Source: Promethearchaeota archaeon (GTDB lineage Archaea > Asgardarchaeota > Lokiarchaeia > Sigyniarchaeales > SOKP01). From it: a stretch of 64,000 nt of DNA. The notes under the pieces are model-generated. The model did no database searches. It was not told where the DNA came from and was given only the letters and a program-made list of their open reading frames with translations. Where the stretch lies: contig SHMW01000009.1 of assembly GCA_008080735.1 (NCBI GenBank), positions 6,883-70,882 of the forward strand, in the 5' to 3' direction. A program made the translations under genes and the position numbers. Positions 1 through 10,089 of the stretch are shown one piece after another; the first letter of the stretch is position 1; each line of letters starts with the position of its first letter.

Positions 1-175
1 AAATATTTCTTACTATCGAAATTGAAATGGCGATATTTTCAAATTGAAAAATTCAAAAAAACTCTTAAAAGCTCTTAGTTATATTTGAAAATGCAATATT
101 CAAAAAAGCAAATTAATATATAAGGAAAAAAGAAATAAAATATACATATAACTGTAAAATATTACGTGATAGGAA

Positions 176-1345
176 ATGGTAAAAAAACCAAAAGCGATTA
201 AAACGCCTCCCTCTGAAGAAGAATTAGCAAATCGGTTGAAGAATGTCAGAAATAAAATGATTATAGAGGAATTAGATTATTTTGTATGTTTTGATCCCGT
301 TAATATCTATTATCTAACAAATTTTGCCTTCTATGTACATGAACGTCCTTTTCTTTTAATTATAGGAAGACAAGGTCCTATGAAATTTCTTATTCCTCTG
401 CTAGAAGAGGCTCATGTAAAAGATAGAGCAATTGGAGATCTCGCAACTGTGAATTATTATGAATTTCCATCACCACCGGGGTTAAATTGGTATGAAAAAT
501 ATGAAGAATTAATTGAAAATGATTCTAATGTCGGAATAGAGCCTGCTATGACTATGGAGATTTATCAAAAGACCCCTGGAAATAAGAAGGTTAGCGATAT
601 TTTAGATGAAGTACGGATTATTAAAAGTGACTATGAAATTGGGAGGATTGTGCACGCATGTAAAATTGTTAGTAAAGGACATAAAAAATTATTGAAAATG
701 TGTAAACCAGGAATGGCAGAATTTGGAATTTTTCAAGAAGCAACCTCAGCGATGACATCAAAAATAATCCAAGATATTCCAAAAGCAAATTTTAAAGCAA
801 CTGAAACCACGGCAGCTGTGTGGCCACCAGATATCTCTCATGAACCACATTTGGTTCCAGATATCTTTGCTAAAATGCAAGAAGGTGGTCCACATGTATC
901 AATAGTACAAGCTCAAGTGGATGGCTATGGAGTAGAAGTAGAAAGAACATTCTTTTTGGGTCATATTCCAGAGAAAGCGAAAAAACCGTTCGAGATTATG
1001 TTTAATGCTCGAAAAATAGCTTATGATATGCTAAAACCAGGAGAGATTATGAGTGAAATTGATAAAAAAGTAAGAGAATACATATCTAAGAATGGGTATG
1101 GAGATTATATAATCCACCGAACGGGGCACGGTTTTGGAATTACGGGACATGAAGCCCCTTATGTTGCAGAAGGATATGACCGTGAGCTCGAAGCGAATAT
1201 GGTCATAAGCATAGAACCAGGAATATATATTCCGGATATTGGCGGATTCCGACACTCTGACACCATCTTAATAACAGAAGATAGTTATATAAAATTAACG
1301 AAAGCTCCTGAAACTTTAGAAGATGTTATTATAAAAAACAATTAG
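176..1345 (+). CDS. M24 family (Xaa-Pro peptidase/creatinase-like) hydrolase
   Basis: N-terminal creatinase-like domain (NIYYLTNF); pita-bread motifs HRTGHGFG, HEAP, IEPGIY, GGFRHSDT. Confidence 0.85.
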   Translation: MVKKPKAIKTPPSEEELANRLKNVRNKMIIEELDYFVCFDPVNIYYLTNFAFYVHERPFLLIIGRQGPMKFLIPLLEEAHVKDRAIGDLATVNYYEFPSPPGLNWYEKYEELIENDSNVGIEPAMTMEIYQKTPGNKKVSDILDEVRIIKSDYEIGRIVHACKIVSKGHKKLLKMCKPGMAEFGIFQEATSAMTSKIIQDIPKANFKATETTAAVWPPDISHEPHLVPDIFAKMQEGGPHVSIVQAQVDGYGVEVERTFFLGHIPEKAKKPFEIMFNARKIAYDMLKPGEIMSEIDKKVREYISKNGYGDYIIHRTGHGFGITGHEAPYVAEGYDRELEANMVISIEPGIYIPDIGGFRHSDTILITEDSYIKLTKAPETLEDVIIKNN

Positions 1346-1417
1346 AATTAGAGCAATAGGTGAAATTATTATCTGGTTTTATAGTTAAAACCAAATTCTG
1401 AAATTTTATATCAATCT

Positions 1418-1939
1418 TTATTTGATATATTCCGTGATTTCATCTAAATCTTTTCGCGGTGGTGGTTTGGGCTCATCCCTTCTTAAATATCCAAACGGTA
1501 ATATTGTTAGAAGAAAATTATCCTTTTCAATCCCTATTATCTGCTTTGCTTTTTCTCTATCCATACTTCCAAGCCAGCAAGTACCTATTCCTAAGCTCCA
1601 CGCCTCAAGCATCATATTCATAGAAGCTAAGGTTGTATCTTGAATATACCAGTTAGGATTTTCATGAACTTCCCCGACTATCGCGATAGCAACCGGAGCT
1701 TCCCGAACAAATTTACCATAGATCGCTATTTTTGATAACTCCTCAATCATTTCCTTATTTTTTATAACTATAAATTTCCATGCTTGTCTATTGGATGCTG
1801 AAGGTGCCCATTGTCCTGCTTCCAAAATCATCTCTATTTCTTCTTCGGGGATCATCTCATCCTTAAAACATCGTATCGTTCTCCTATCCTTGATAAATTT
1901 CAATAATTCTTCTGGTTTAATCATTTTCTCAAAACCCAT
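1418..1939 (-). CDS. Nitroreductase family protein
   Basis: RRTIRCF, APSASNRQAW, LGIGTCWLG FMN-binding motifs. Confidence 0.92.
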   Translation of the reverse strand: MGFEKMIKPEELLKFIKDRRTIRCFKDEMIPEEEIEMILEAGQWAPSASNRQAWKFIVIKNKEMIEELSKIAIYGKFVREAPVAIAIVGEVHENPNWYIQDTTLASMNMMLEAWSLGIGTCWLGSMDREKAKQIIGIEKDNFLLTILPFGYLRRDEPKPPPRKDLDEITEYIK

Positions 1940-2002
1940 ATTTTATCTAAGAACTAATTAGAAATCCTAATAAATTCTTTTTCAATATTTTATAAAATTG
2001 CT

Positions 2003-3247
2003 CTAAAAGTTCTGATCCTCACCATTTATATAATATTCCGCTTCGAGATTTGGATATAACTTCTTTTTTCTTCCAGACTTTTCAGATTCAATTAACTGCA
2101 AATCCTTCAATTTATTGATATGGTACGATACCGTCTTATGATCAACATTTAATATTTTAGCGATTTCATTATTATAGGTTCCAGGATTTTCCTCAATCAT
2201 TTCTAATATTTTCAACGTCAATTCACTTTTTTGGAGTTTTAGATCAATATTTGAGATTGGGTTTTTTTGATAATAAGGAAAATATACTAGATATCTCCCT
2301 ACTCTCTTCTTTCCTATTACTTTATAGGTTTCTAATATATCCAAATGCCAGGCTAGATTTCCGGCAGAAAGATCTGTCTCCCGTAATAATTCATTGAAAT
2401 GAATTCCCGGGTCTGCTAATACGAGGTCGATTAACATGCTCCTATTTTCATTTTCCAAGACATCTTCCATTGATAATTGATGAGCACCCTTATCTATCGG
2501 AACTGTACGGGTTTTTAAAAATTGAATATAATCTTTCTTAGATAAGGTAATAACTAATGCCGCAATCCCAATTATGCTTATTATTGCAATTATCCAAATC
2601 CATTCATAAGTGATCGGATTTACTTGGAATAAAGTAATATAGTAATCGGTTTCTGATTCGATGTCAAGTATTTGGGTTTCTAAATAACTTTCACTAGACG
2701 ATTTATTAAATTTTTCTTCGGTTGGTAATATTTCCCAAGAATCACCACCTTCATAAAATTGTGCTATTTTATAATTTCTATGAGGATCTAATCCAAATTT
2801 TTGAACTTTTAGGTATTGGATTGTTAGGTTTTGTACCGTTGAATTCGCTCGAATTTGTAAAACATAGTTATATTGATATTGATATTGAGAATTACCACTC
2901 GAAGGTCCTTTTGGTTTTCTTTGATAACCAAAGCCTCCCAAATCAGTTTCTGATGAAAAATTCAGAATAAGGGGATTATTATTTGCAACTTTTATAAAGG
3001 TTTCTCGGTTGGTAATTTGTTTATCATATTCAATAGAACCATTTAAAGAAACATTAGTAGAGAGTCCAAATTGAATGGAATTATTAAAATAATACCTAAT
3101 AGATTTGTTTTTATTCAAATTATAGTCTTTTTGGTATCCAGGTACTACCTCTCCTATGGAATAATAAATTAAGGAATTAAATTCAAACACGATTAAAATT
3201 AAGAAAAATACAAAAATTAATGCTTTTCTTTTTTTTAAATATTTCAA
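2003..3247 (-). CDS. Membrane-anchored transcription regulator: signal/TM, beta-rich ectodomain, TM, tandem winged-helix (HVO_0163/ArsR-like)
   Basis: N-terminal hydrophobic segment; second TM WIWIIAIISIIGIAALVI; C-terminal NENRSMLI..PGIHFNEL..LAWHLDIL and NPGTYNNEIA..TVSYHINKL wHTH pair. Confidence 0.8.
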   Translation of the reverse strand: MKYLKKRKALIFVFFLILIVFEFNSLIYYSIGEVVPGYQKDYNLNKNKSIRYYFNNSIQFGLSTNVSLNGSIEYDKQITNRETFIKVANNNPLILNFSSETDLGGFGYQRKPKGPSSGNSQYQYQYNYVLQIRANSTVQNLTIQYLKVQKFGLDPHRNYKIAQFYEGGDSWEILPTEEKFNKSSSESYLETQILDIESETDYYITLFQVNPITYEWIWIIAIISIIGIAALVITLSKKDYIQFLKTRTVPIDKGAHQLSMEDVLENENRSMLIDLVLADPGIHFNELLRETDLSAGNLAWHLDILETYKVIGKKRVGRYLVYFPYYQKNPISNIDLKLQKSELTLKILEMIEENPGTYNNEIAKILNVDHKTVSYHINKLKDLQLIESEKSGRKKKLYPNLEAEYYINGEDQNF

Positions 3248-3344
3248 GGTTTCCTTTAGATCGTTTTGATATTTATTTTGATGAAATATATATAAAAAAA
3301 CAAAAAAAAGTTAATTGGGTATTTTAGATAAGGTCTTTAGATAA

Positions 3345-4016
3345 TTATCTCTTTTTTTTATAGTATAAGTAACCGACAACACCTATTAATGCAACTGCCC
3401 CAACTGAGGCGACTATTATTATTAATGTATAATCCGTTTCTGGTATCAAAACCGTCCACACTGAAAAGTGATCTGTAGTAGCTGTTAGGTACCCTTCTGA
3501 ATCGACTTGAGTCGGTACTGTTTCCCATTCTCCATTATCTCCGTTGTAATATGCCCATTCTCCGTTTCGATTTTGATTATTGGCCTTAATTCTCAATCTT
3601 GCTTGTATCTCAGAACAGTTACAACTGAGATTTACAGCAAAACCTTCTTGATATTGGAAACGATTTCGATTTCTAACTGTATATCTGTTGCCCAAAAGTA
3701 ATCCCAATTCTTCTTGCTGCTCTGTGCATGTCATATTCATCTCCATATCTCCAGAAGCATCTGTAACTTCAATAATAAAGTCTTTAACTCCGATTTTCCC
3801 TTCCCATTGAAACAGTCCTGAAATATTAAATTGATTAAGCTGATTTCTCACTCTTATTCGGGTCGTAGCTCCATTTTCCTCAGTTTCACCAGGAGCAGCT
3901 TCGTAATTCCGAGAAGTTAGTGGCTCTTGTGCTGCTACTATGAATGGAGAACTGATCCATGCAAAAATCAAAAAAGTTGCGAATGTCGCTAATAAAATTT
4001 TGTTTGTTTTTCTCAT
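3345..4016 (-). CDS. Secreted single-pass surface protein with GPS/GAIN-like HFS motif just before the TM
   Basis: Start moved to ATG 4016 (MRKTNKILL.. signal peptide); WAYYN..WETVPT..LTATTDHFSVWTVL followed by a TM and KKKR stop-transfer tail. Confidence 0.75.
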   Translation of the reverse strand: MRKTNKILLATFATFLIFAWISSPFIVAAQEPLTSRNYEAAPGETEENGATTRIRVRNQLNQFNISGLFQWEGKIGVKDFIIEVTDASGDMEMNMTCTEQQEELGLLLGNRYTVRNRNRFQYQEGFAVNLSCNCSEIQARLRIKANNQNRNGEWAYYNGDNGEWETVPTQVDSEGYLTATTDHFSVWTVLIPETDYTLIIIVASVGAVALIGVVGYLYYKKKR

Positions 4017-4074
4017 TTTTTTAACCTTAATTTGTTCTATTAAACAAAAGTATAATCTTCCTTTTAAGAAATGA

Positions 4075-4089
4075 GGGATAACTCTTCCC
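4075..4089. promoter_or_regulatory. Candidate operator palindrome GGGA-N7-TCCC
   Basis: gggataactcttccc lies just upstream of a TATA-like TTAAAA on the minus strand, ahead of the 4016 start. Confidence 0.3.
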
Positions 4090-4145
4090 ATAAATGACAT
4101 TTAAAATTTATCAGACTTTAATACATTAAATCATTTATATTTCAC

Positions 4146-6056
4146 ATGGTTGGAGACCAAACTATTCCAAGATCAGAATATCCTCGACCGCAATTTATTC
4201 GGAAAGATAATTGGATTAATCTAAATGGAACATGGAGATTTCGATTTGACGATGGAAATAAAGGATTAAAAGAGAGATGGTATAACAGATCATCTGAATT
4301 TTTTGAAAAGGATATTTTAGTTCCATTTTGTTTTCAGAGTAAACTAAGTGGCATTCATGATGAGTCTTTTCATAATACAATGTGGTATTATAAAAAATTC
4401 AAAATCCCTAGTAAAGGCCTTGATAAACGTATTCTCTTACATTTTGGTGCGGTTGATTATAATGCAAGAATTTATCTAAATGCTAATTTTGTAGGATCTC
4501 ATGAAGGAGGATATACTCCATTCACAATTGATATTTCTGATTTTGCTCAAGAAGAAAATGAAATTATTGTCAGAGTTGAGGATCCAAGTAAAGATAATGA
4601 AATTCCACGAGGAAAACAATTCTGGCAAAAGGATCCGGGGTGGATTTTTTATCCTCGAGTCTCGGGAATTTGGCAAACCGTCTGGATAGAATTTGTAAGT
4701 AAAGAACATTACATTCAAGAAATAAAAATTACACCGAATATAGACGAGCCTTCGATAACCATTGAGTGTTATGTGAGCGGTAAAGGGTATAAAGATCTCA
4801 GAATTAAGGCCTTAGTAAATAAAGATGCCAGAGAAATAGCTGAATACCAAACTAAACTAGATTTCCTAGGAGACATTGAAAAGAAGCGAAAGCGAAGAAA
4901 CTTGCTAGAAAAACAATTTGGGATTGTGGAAAAGCTATTTAAAATTCATCCTGCGAATAAATTCGAATTTAAGATGAGCATCCCCAAAGAAGATTTGGAA
5001 TTATGGGATATAGAACACCCGTTTCTCTATGACCTATCTCTCCACATTTATGACAAGAACACACAAAAAATCTATGATCAAGTTGAATCCTATTTTGGTA
5101 TGAGAGAGATATCCCTCTCAGAAGGTCAAATAGAAATAAAGACAGAATGTGACACTATTACTACGCAAAACAAGGTAATCCTTCTTAATAAAAAGCCAGT
5201 TTATCAAAAACTGTTTTTAGTCCAAGGATATTGGGCAGATGGGTTATATACTGCACCAACTGATGCTGCAATGAAGAAGGATATCGATTTAATCAAGCAA
5301 TTTGGTTTTAATGGTTTAAGAACCCATCAAAAAGCATTTGATCCGAGATATTTATACTGGTGCGATAAGTTAGGCGTTTTAGTATGGGGAGAGATGGGCA
5401 GTCCGTATGCCTTTTCGACAGAAGCACAAAAAAGATTTATTAATGAGTATATTAATATGATTGAAAGAGATTATAATCATCCCTCGATTATCGCGTGGAC
5501 TCTATTAAATGAAGGATGGGGCGTTCCGGGCGCTGAATTTGATGCTTGCAAGGCACATTATACACTTTCCTTATATCATCTCGTTAAGTCGATAGATTCC
5601 ACCCGCTTAGTAATTGACGATGATGGATGGTATCATACCAAAACGGATTTGTGTACTAAACATTTTTATACCAATTTAAACCTATTACCAGATACTTTTG
5701 AAGAGGAAAAAACAATGAATTACCCCGAAGATTATGAACCGTCCATCTATTTACATGGGTTCGGCTACGAGAACGAACCGATCGTTTATAGCGAAGTGGG
5801 AGGGTATACTTTAGATTATAATAACAATATTGAGAATCCCGTTGGATATGGAAAGGTAAATACTAGTGAGGAGCTTTTTAGTCGCGTAATCGAATTGCTC
5901 AAGGTTTTCGATAAGAAAAAAACATGGATCAGCGGATTTTGCTATACTGAGTTATATGACCAATTTCAGGAAATTAATGGATTCCTAACGATCGAAAGAG
6001 AGCCTAAATTCCCTCCAGGAAAATTAAAAGAAGAAGTTGAAAAGCTTTTCTATTGA
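4146..6056 (+). CDS. Glycoside hydrolase family 2 (beta-galactosidase/beta-glucuronidase-like)
   Basis: EYPRPQ, LNGTW, LHFGAVDY, SGIWQTVW, RDYNHPSII..NEGWG (acid/base), YSEVGG (nucleophile). Confidence 0.92.
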   Translation: MVGDQTIPRSEYPRPQFIRKDNWINLNGTWRFRFDDGNKGLKERWYNRSSEFFEKDILVPFCFQSKLSGIHDESFHNTMWYYKKFKIPSKGLDKRILLHFGAVDYNARIYLNANFVGSHEGGYTPFTIDISDFAQEENEIIVRVEDPSKDNEIPRGKQFWQKDPGWIFYPRVSGIWQTVWIEFVSKEHYIQEIKITPNIDEPSITIECYVSGKGYKDLRIKALVNKDAREIAEYQTKLDFLGDIEKKRKRRNLLEKQFGIVEKLFKIHPANKFEFKMSIPKEDLELWDIEHPFLYDLSLHIYDKNTQKIYDQVESYFGMREISLSEGQIEIKTECDTITTQNKVILLNKKPVYQKLFLVQGYWADGLYTAPTDAAMKKDIDLIKQFGFNGLRTHQKAFDPRYLYWCDKLGVLVWGEMGSPYAFSTEAQKRFINEYINMIERDYNHPSIIAWTLLNEGWGVPGAEFDACKAHYTLSLYHLVKSIDSTRLVIDDDGWYHTKTDLCTKHFYTNLNLLPDTFEEEKTMNYPEDYEPSIYLHGFGYENEPIVYSEVGGYTLDYNNNIENPVGYGKVNTSEELFSRVIELLKVFDKKKTWISGFCYTELYDQFQEINGFLTIEREPKFPPGKLKEEVEKLFY

Positions 6057-6145
6057 TTTATAATAGAAGAGAAATAGATTAATAACTAATGATCTTTTGG
6101 AATCAATTAATCTTATTTATATAGCTATTGATTTATGAGTGTATT

Positions 6146-7420
6146 ATGGAAAATAATAAAAAACAAATTATACTTGTTTTTATACTTATTTTGCTAATAA
6201 CGAGCAATATATTTGTTCTTATTCCTTTCGATTTTAATAATAGAGATTTAGATAAAGATAGATACAACCCAAAAGGAATAAGAATAACTACTTTCCAAAA
6301 TCTCAATGGAACGATATTGGTTTCATGGTTTACAGAAGACATTTCTCAAAATCCTATTTTCCAATATTCTTCAGATCTGAGTTTTTCCGATAATAATGCC
6401 ATTAGCGCTAGTTATGTCAATATCGATGGGACATTTACTTATAGGGTAATATTAAACGATCTCATCCCAAATTCAACTTATTATTATAGAATTAAATCTG
6501 ATAACCAAAATTATGGCGAACCAAGAATGTTTAAATCACTTCCAGTTGTAGATTCAGCAAATTTTAGTTTTATTGTTTATGGAGATTCTAGGACACTTAG
6601 AGCACCACGTTCAGAGCTAACCAATAGAATTTTAGAATTTAGCTTAATTAGAAATTTAGATTTTTCTATTCATTCGGGTGATATCGTCGAGGATGGGAGA
6701 ATTCAATCTCAATGGGATAATTATTTCATAGATACTGAAATTTTATATTCTAAAATACCTGGTATTTTTGTCGAAGGGAATCATGAAGGGGGATCAAGTA
6801 CACTCATGTACGAAAATCTTTTCCCGGGAATCATAAATTCTCAAAGGTATTATTCGTTCATATTTGGAAATTGTGGTTTTATTATCTTAAATTCAAACGG
6901 ATATTATGAAAGTTCTATAGAAGAAGAGCAAAAAACTTGGTTGAATAAAACTCTCTATGAGTATTCTCAAGAAAATGAACATACTTTTGTATTCTTACAT
7001 CACCCACTCCTACATAATCGAACAAAATCATATCTCAGAGAAGATTGGCCTCCATTATTCGAACGATATAATGTGACTTGTGTGTTTTGTGGACATAATC
7101 ATAATTATGAACGTTCCTATCCAATAATAAACCAAACAGTCATCGATGAGAAAACCTCTCTTATTGAATATAATGCTACCGAAAAATATAATTACAGAAG
7201 TCTTTCTAATCCTATTTATATTGTATCTGGAGGTGCGGGTGCCCCACTTTACGATCCTTATGAATATGATTTTATAGCGTATACCAATAGCACCTATCAT
7301 TTCTGCTTGATTGATCTTGAACGGCGTAATGCAGACACATCTATCTCTATAGAGGTTTGGGCTATGCTTGAATTAGGAGCTAATCTCACGCTTATAGACA
7401 ATTTCACAATTATTAATTAA
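6146..7420 (+). CDS. Secreted/membrane-anchored purple acid phosphatase-like metallophosphoesterase (FN3 + MPP)
   Basis: N-terminal TM; FN3-like LIPNSTYYYRI; YGDSR, HSGDIV, GNHE, HHP, GHNHNYER metal motifs. Confidence 0.88.
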   Translation: MENNKKQIILVFILILLITSNIFVLIPFDFNNRDLDKDRYNPKGIRITTFQNLNGTILVSWFTEDISQNPIFQYSSDLSFSDNNAISASYVNIDGTFTYRVILNDLIPNSTYYYRIKSDNQNYGEPRMFKSLPVVDSANFSFIVYGDSRTLRAPRSELTNRILEFSLIRNLDFSIHSGDIVEDGRIQSQWDNYFIDTEILYSKIPGIFVEGNHEGGSSTLMYENLFPGIINSQRYYSFIFGNCGFIILNSNGYYESSIEEEQKTWLNKTLYEYSQENEHTFVFLHHPLLHNRTKSYLREDWPPLFERYNVTCVFCGHNHNYERSYPIINQTVIDEKTSLIEYNATEKYNYRSLSNPIYIVSGGAGAPLYDPYEYDFIAYTNSTYHFCLIDLERRNADTSISIEVWAMLELGANLTLIDNFTIIN

Positions 7421-7661
7421 TTAGTCATGTGTTTTCAGAATCAATAAAAAGAAATTAATAACTTTTTCATGATTTTAGATCTTTTTTGGAATGAAGAATA
7501 AAATCTTTTTTATTGGAATTTAGCGATTTTACGTGAGAACTTAAATTTTTATATCATAATTAAGAAAATATTATTAAATAAATAAATAAAAACAAGGCAG
7601 TATTTATAATATTCAAGGTTTATTTATTTATACCTTAATTATAGAAGGACGGAGAATTTCT

Positions 7662-9926
7662 ATGTTAAAAGAATTTACAGAAGAAATCTTTACTAGATAT
7701 GGTTTAACTAAAGAAGATATTGAAGTTTACCTCGTTTACTTAAAGGTGCCGAGAGCGACGGTTTCTGAGGTCTATTTCTCCTTTGATGAGGAGGAAGATG
7801 AGATAGAATACCAGAAGGTTATCGACATCACTAATAAATTGGTAGAAAAAGGATTTTTAAAAGAAGTTGAGGGAATCGTAACAAGATATATACCTCTTGA
7901 GCCCTATTTTGAGTTATTTTATAAAGAATCCGAAACATTCAGAGATGAAATCGCAGACATTAAGGACAGAGTACTTACAGATCAATCAAATCGTTTCGAA
8001 AAATTAGAGGGAATTCAAAATCGCAGTATCGAAAAAGTTGAAAATGCAGTCAGTGAACAAATCAAATACTTTTTTGAAGATTCAGACGTAAAAAACAAGA
8101 ACAAAGAAAACAGAATTAACAACGCAAAGAATAAATTTACAGATACCGAAAAGAATCTCGAAACTAATCTCCACTCAATAATGGACTCATTAAATTCTGA
8201 CTTGAAAAATATTTCAAGTTCATTTGTCAAAAACAATGAGAATGAGATCAATCAAACAAAAGATGATCTTCAAGGATTAATTTCTGAGTTATTAGAGGAT
8301 TTTTCAAGCAGAATTAATGGACTTGAAACGGAAGTTAAGAAAGATTTGGATGAACATGTCGACCGCCATAAAACCATCGCAGGTGAACTCAAACCGAAGA
8401 TGGAGCTTATTTTGGAAAAATATCTTGATAGAATGGACAAGATTATCAAAGAATTGAAGGAAAAAATAGATACCTTGCTTGGTCGTCATATCGAACATCT
8501 CAGAAACACTACAGAAGTAATGCAAGAGGATTTGAAAAAAACCTTTGATAATAAGCATAGTGAAGTAAGAAAGCAAACGACAGAATTTAAAGATAGAACT
8601 GTTCAACTTATTGATAATTTATTGGAAATATCCGATCGCTTTACAGACTTATCTGATGATTTAGCAAGCAGGGGAACCGCATTTAAAGCGTTATTATTTG
8701 GGCAACATAAAAAATACAAAGCCCGATACGCTCAGGTAAAAGAAGATATTCTTACCTATTCAAAACCACTAAAAGAAGACTTTATTAGTGAAAGTGAAGG
8801 ATTTATAGAAACTGACGATTCAACAACCGAAGAAGTTAAATCAGAACTCACGGAAATAATTTCTAAAGAGAATACTAAATTGTCTGGAGAAACTACCGAA
8901 CTAAACCAAGAGGCACAACAAAAAGTTGATGCTCAACTTGAGAATTTAGCCACGGATTTGAATACTGAAATTGATGAGACGCTTCAGTCTGGAATTGATG
9001 ACTGTGCTGATACCACAGTGAAATTGAAAGATTCAGTAGAGAAATCATTTAAAGAACATAATGATAAATATGATGAATCAATTACACGGCATAAGGATGA
9101 GTCGTTACGACATTATACCGAATTTGACACAGAGATTAAGCGCAAAAATGAGAATTGGGTTAAAGATGTCGATTACAAATTCAATGATTCGAAGCGAAAT
9201 GTTTCTGATAAAATTAATGGACATATTACTGAATGGGATAATGAATCTGCAGAATTAAACAGCAATTTAAGTAATATGCTTGAAGACCACAAAACAAAAT
9301 ATAAAGAAAATGCCACAGAGCTACAAAATAGTCTTTCCAATACTACTAAGGAGAATACACAGAATACAAAGGACGCAATTGCCGATTTTACCTTAGAATT
9401 TATGAATTCCATTGATGATGCCACCGAAAAGGCGGAAACAAATGAAGAAAAGTTAATGGATATTTTTCAAGCGTCAAAAGCTATCCCAGAGATAGCGAAA
9501 ATAACCACTTGGCATACTGTGGGGAGAGAAGCATTGGTCTCCGCAATAAAAGATGCGGTCTATCGTACCAAATCCTCCATTATCATAGTCACACCAATCC
9601 CTGTACCGGAAGTATTACAAGTTATATCAGAATATGCATTCCAGAAAAAAGCTGCGCGTTTCATGCTTACAAGTAATTTTGATATGGACCAATACGGTAA
9701 TATTATTGGAAAAATGAAGCAATTAGGAAATATTCAATTCCGACAATTGGCTCAAGCAGGAGATTATTACGCCGTCACACGAGATGCCGAGGAAGTTATT
9801 ATTTGCCCGAACACAGATAAAGAGACCGAGATGATTAGCATCATTAGTAATCAAGATCAGTATGCGAAGCTCTACTCTCAGTTCATAGGACCAATATTCC
9901 AGGCAAATTCTCGCCCGATTAAATAA
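7662..9926 (+). CDS. TrmB-like HTH protein with very long helical/coiled-coil insert and C-terminal TrmB effector (PLD-like) domain
   Basis: N-term YGLTKEDIEVYLVYL..LVEKGFL..RYIPLEP; ~500 aa acidic amphipathic helix; C-term TWHTVGREAL..KSSIIIVTP..RDAEEVII. Confidence 0.7.
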   Translation: MLKEFTEEIFTRYGLTKEDIEVYLVYLKVPRATVSEVYFSFDEEEDEIEYQKVIDITNKLVEKGFLKEVEGIVTRYIPLEPYFELFYKESETFRDEIADIKDRVLTDQSNRFEKLEGIQNRSIEKVENAVSEQIKYFFEDSDVKNKNKENRINNAKNKFTDTEKNLETNLHSIMDSLNSDLKNISSSFVKNNENEINQTKDDLQGLISELLEDFSSRINGLETEVKKDLDEHVDRHKTIAGELKPKMELILEKYLDRMDKIIKELKEKIDTLLGRHIEHLRNTTEVMQEDLKKTFDNKHSEVRKQTTEFKDRTVQLIDNLLEISDRFTDLSDDLASRGTAFKALLFGQHKKYKARYAQVKEDILTYSKPLKEDFISESEGFIETDDSTTEEVKSELTEIISKENTKLSGETTELNQEAQQKVDAQLENLATDLNTEIDETLQSGIDDCADTTVKLKDSVEKSFKEHNDKYDESITRHKDESLRHYTEFDTEIKRKNENWVKDVDYKFNDSKRNVSDKINGHITEWDNESAELNSNLSNMLEDHKTKYKENATELQNSLSNTTKENTQNTKDAIADFTLEFMNSIDDATEKAETNEEKLMDIFQASKAIPEIAKITTWHTVGREALVSAIKDAVYRTKSSIIIVTPIPVPEVLQVISEYAFQKKAARFMLTSNFDMDQYGNIIGKMKQLGNIQFRQLAQAGDYYAVTRDAEEVIICPNTDKETEMISIISNQDQYAKLYSQFIGPIFQANSRPIK

Positions 9927-10089
9927 TAATAAGCATCTTATTTCTTTATTTTTAATTTTCTTATATACTTAAAACTAGTTGTTCAAATTTATATTTTAAT
10001 TAGACAATTCAATTAAATGGTATAAGGAAAAAGAAATAATTAAAAATATTGAGAAATAGATGCCTCAAAAAGATAAATAAAATGAAATA

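Noticed and set aside
4017-4100. Longer track starts (4100; also 13833, 14741, 29906, 36052)
   Set aside because: The extensions run through promoter-like AT-rich DNA; downstream ATGs match family N-termini or signal peptides better
7662-9926. SMC/Rad50 assignment for the long coiled-coil protein
   Set aside because: No Walker A/B, signature motif or hinge
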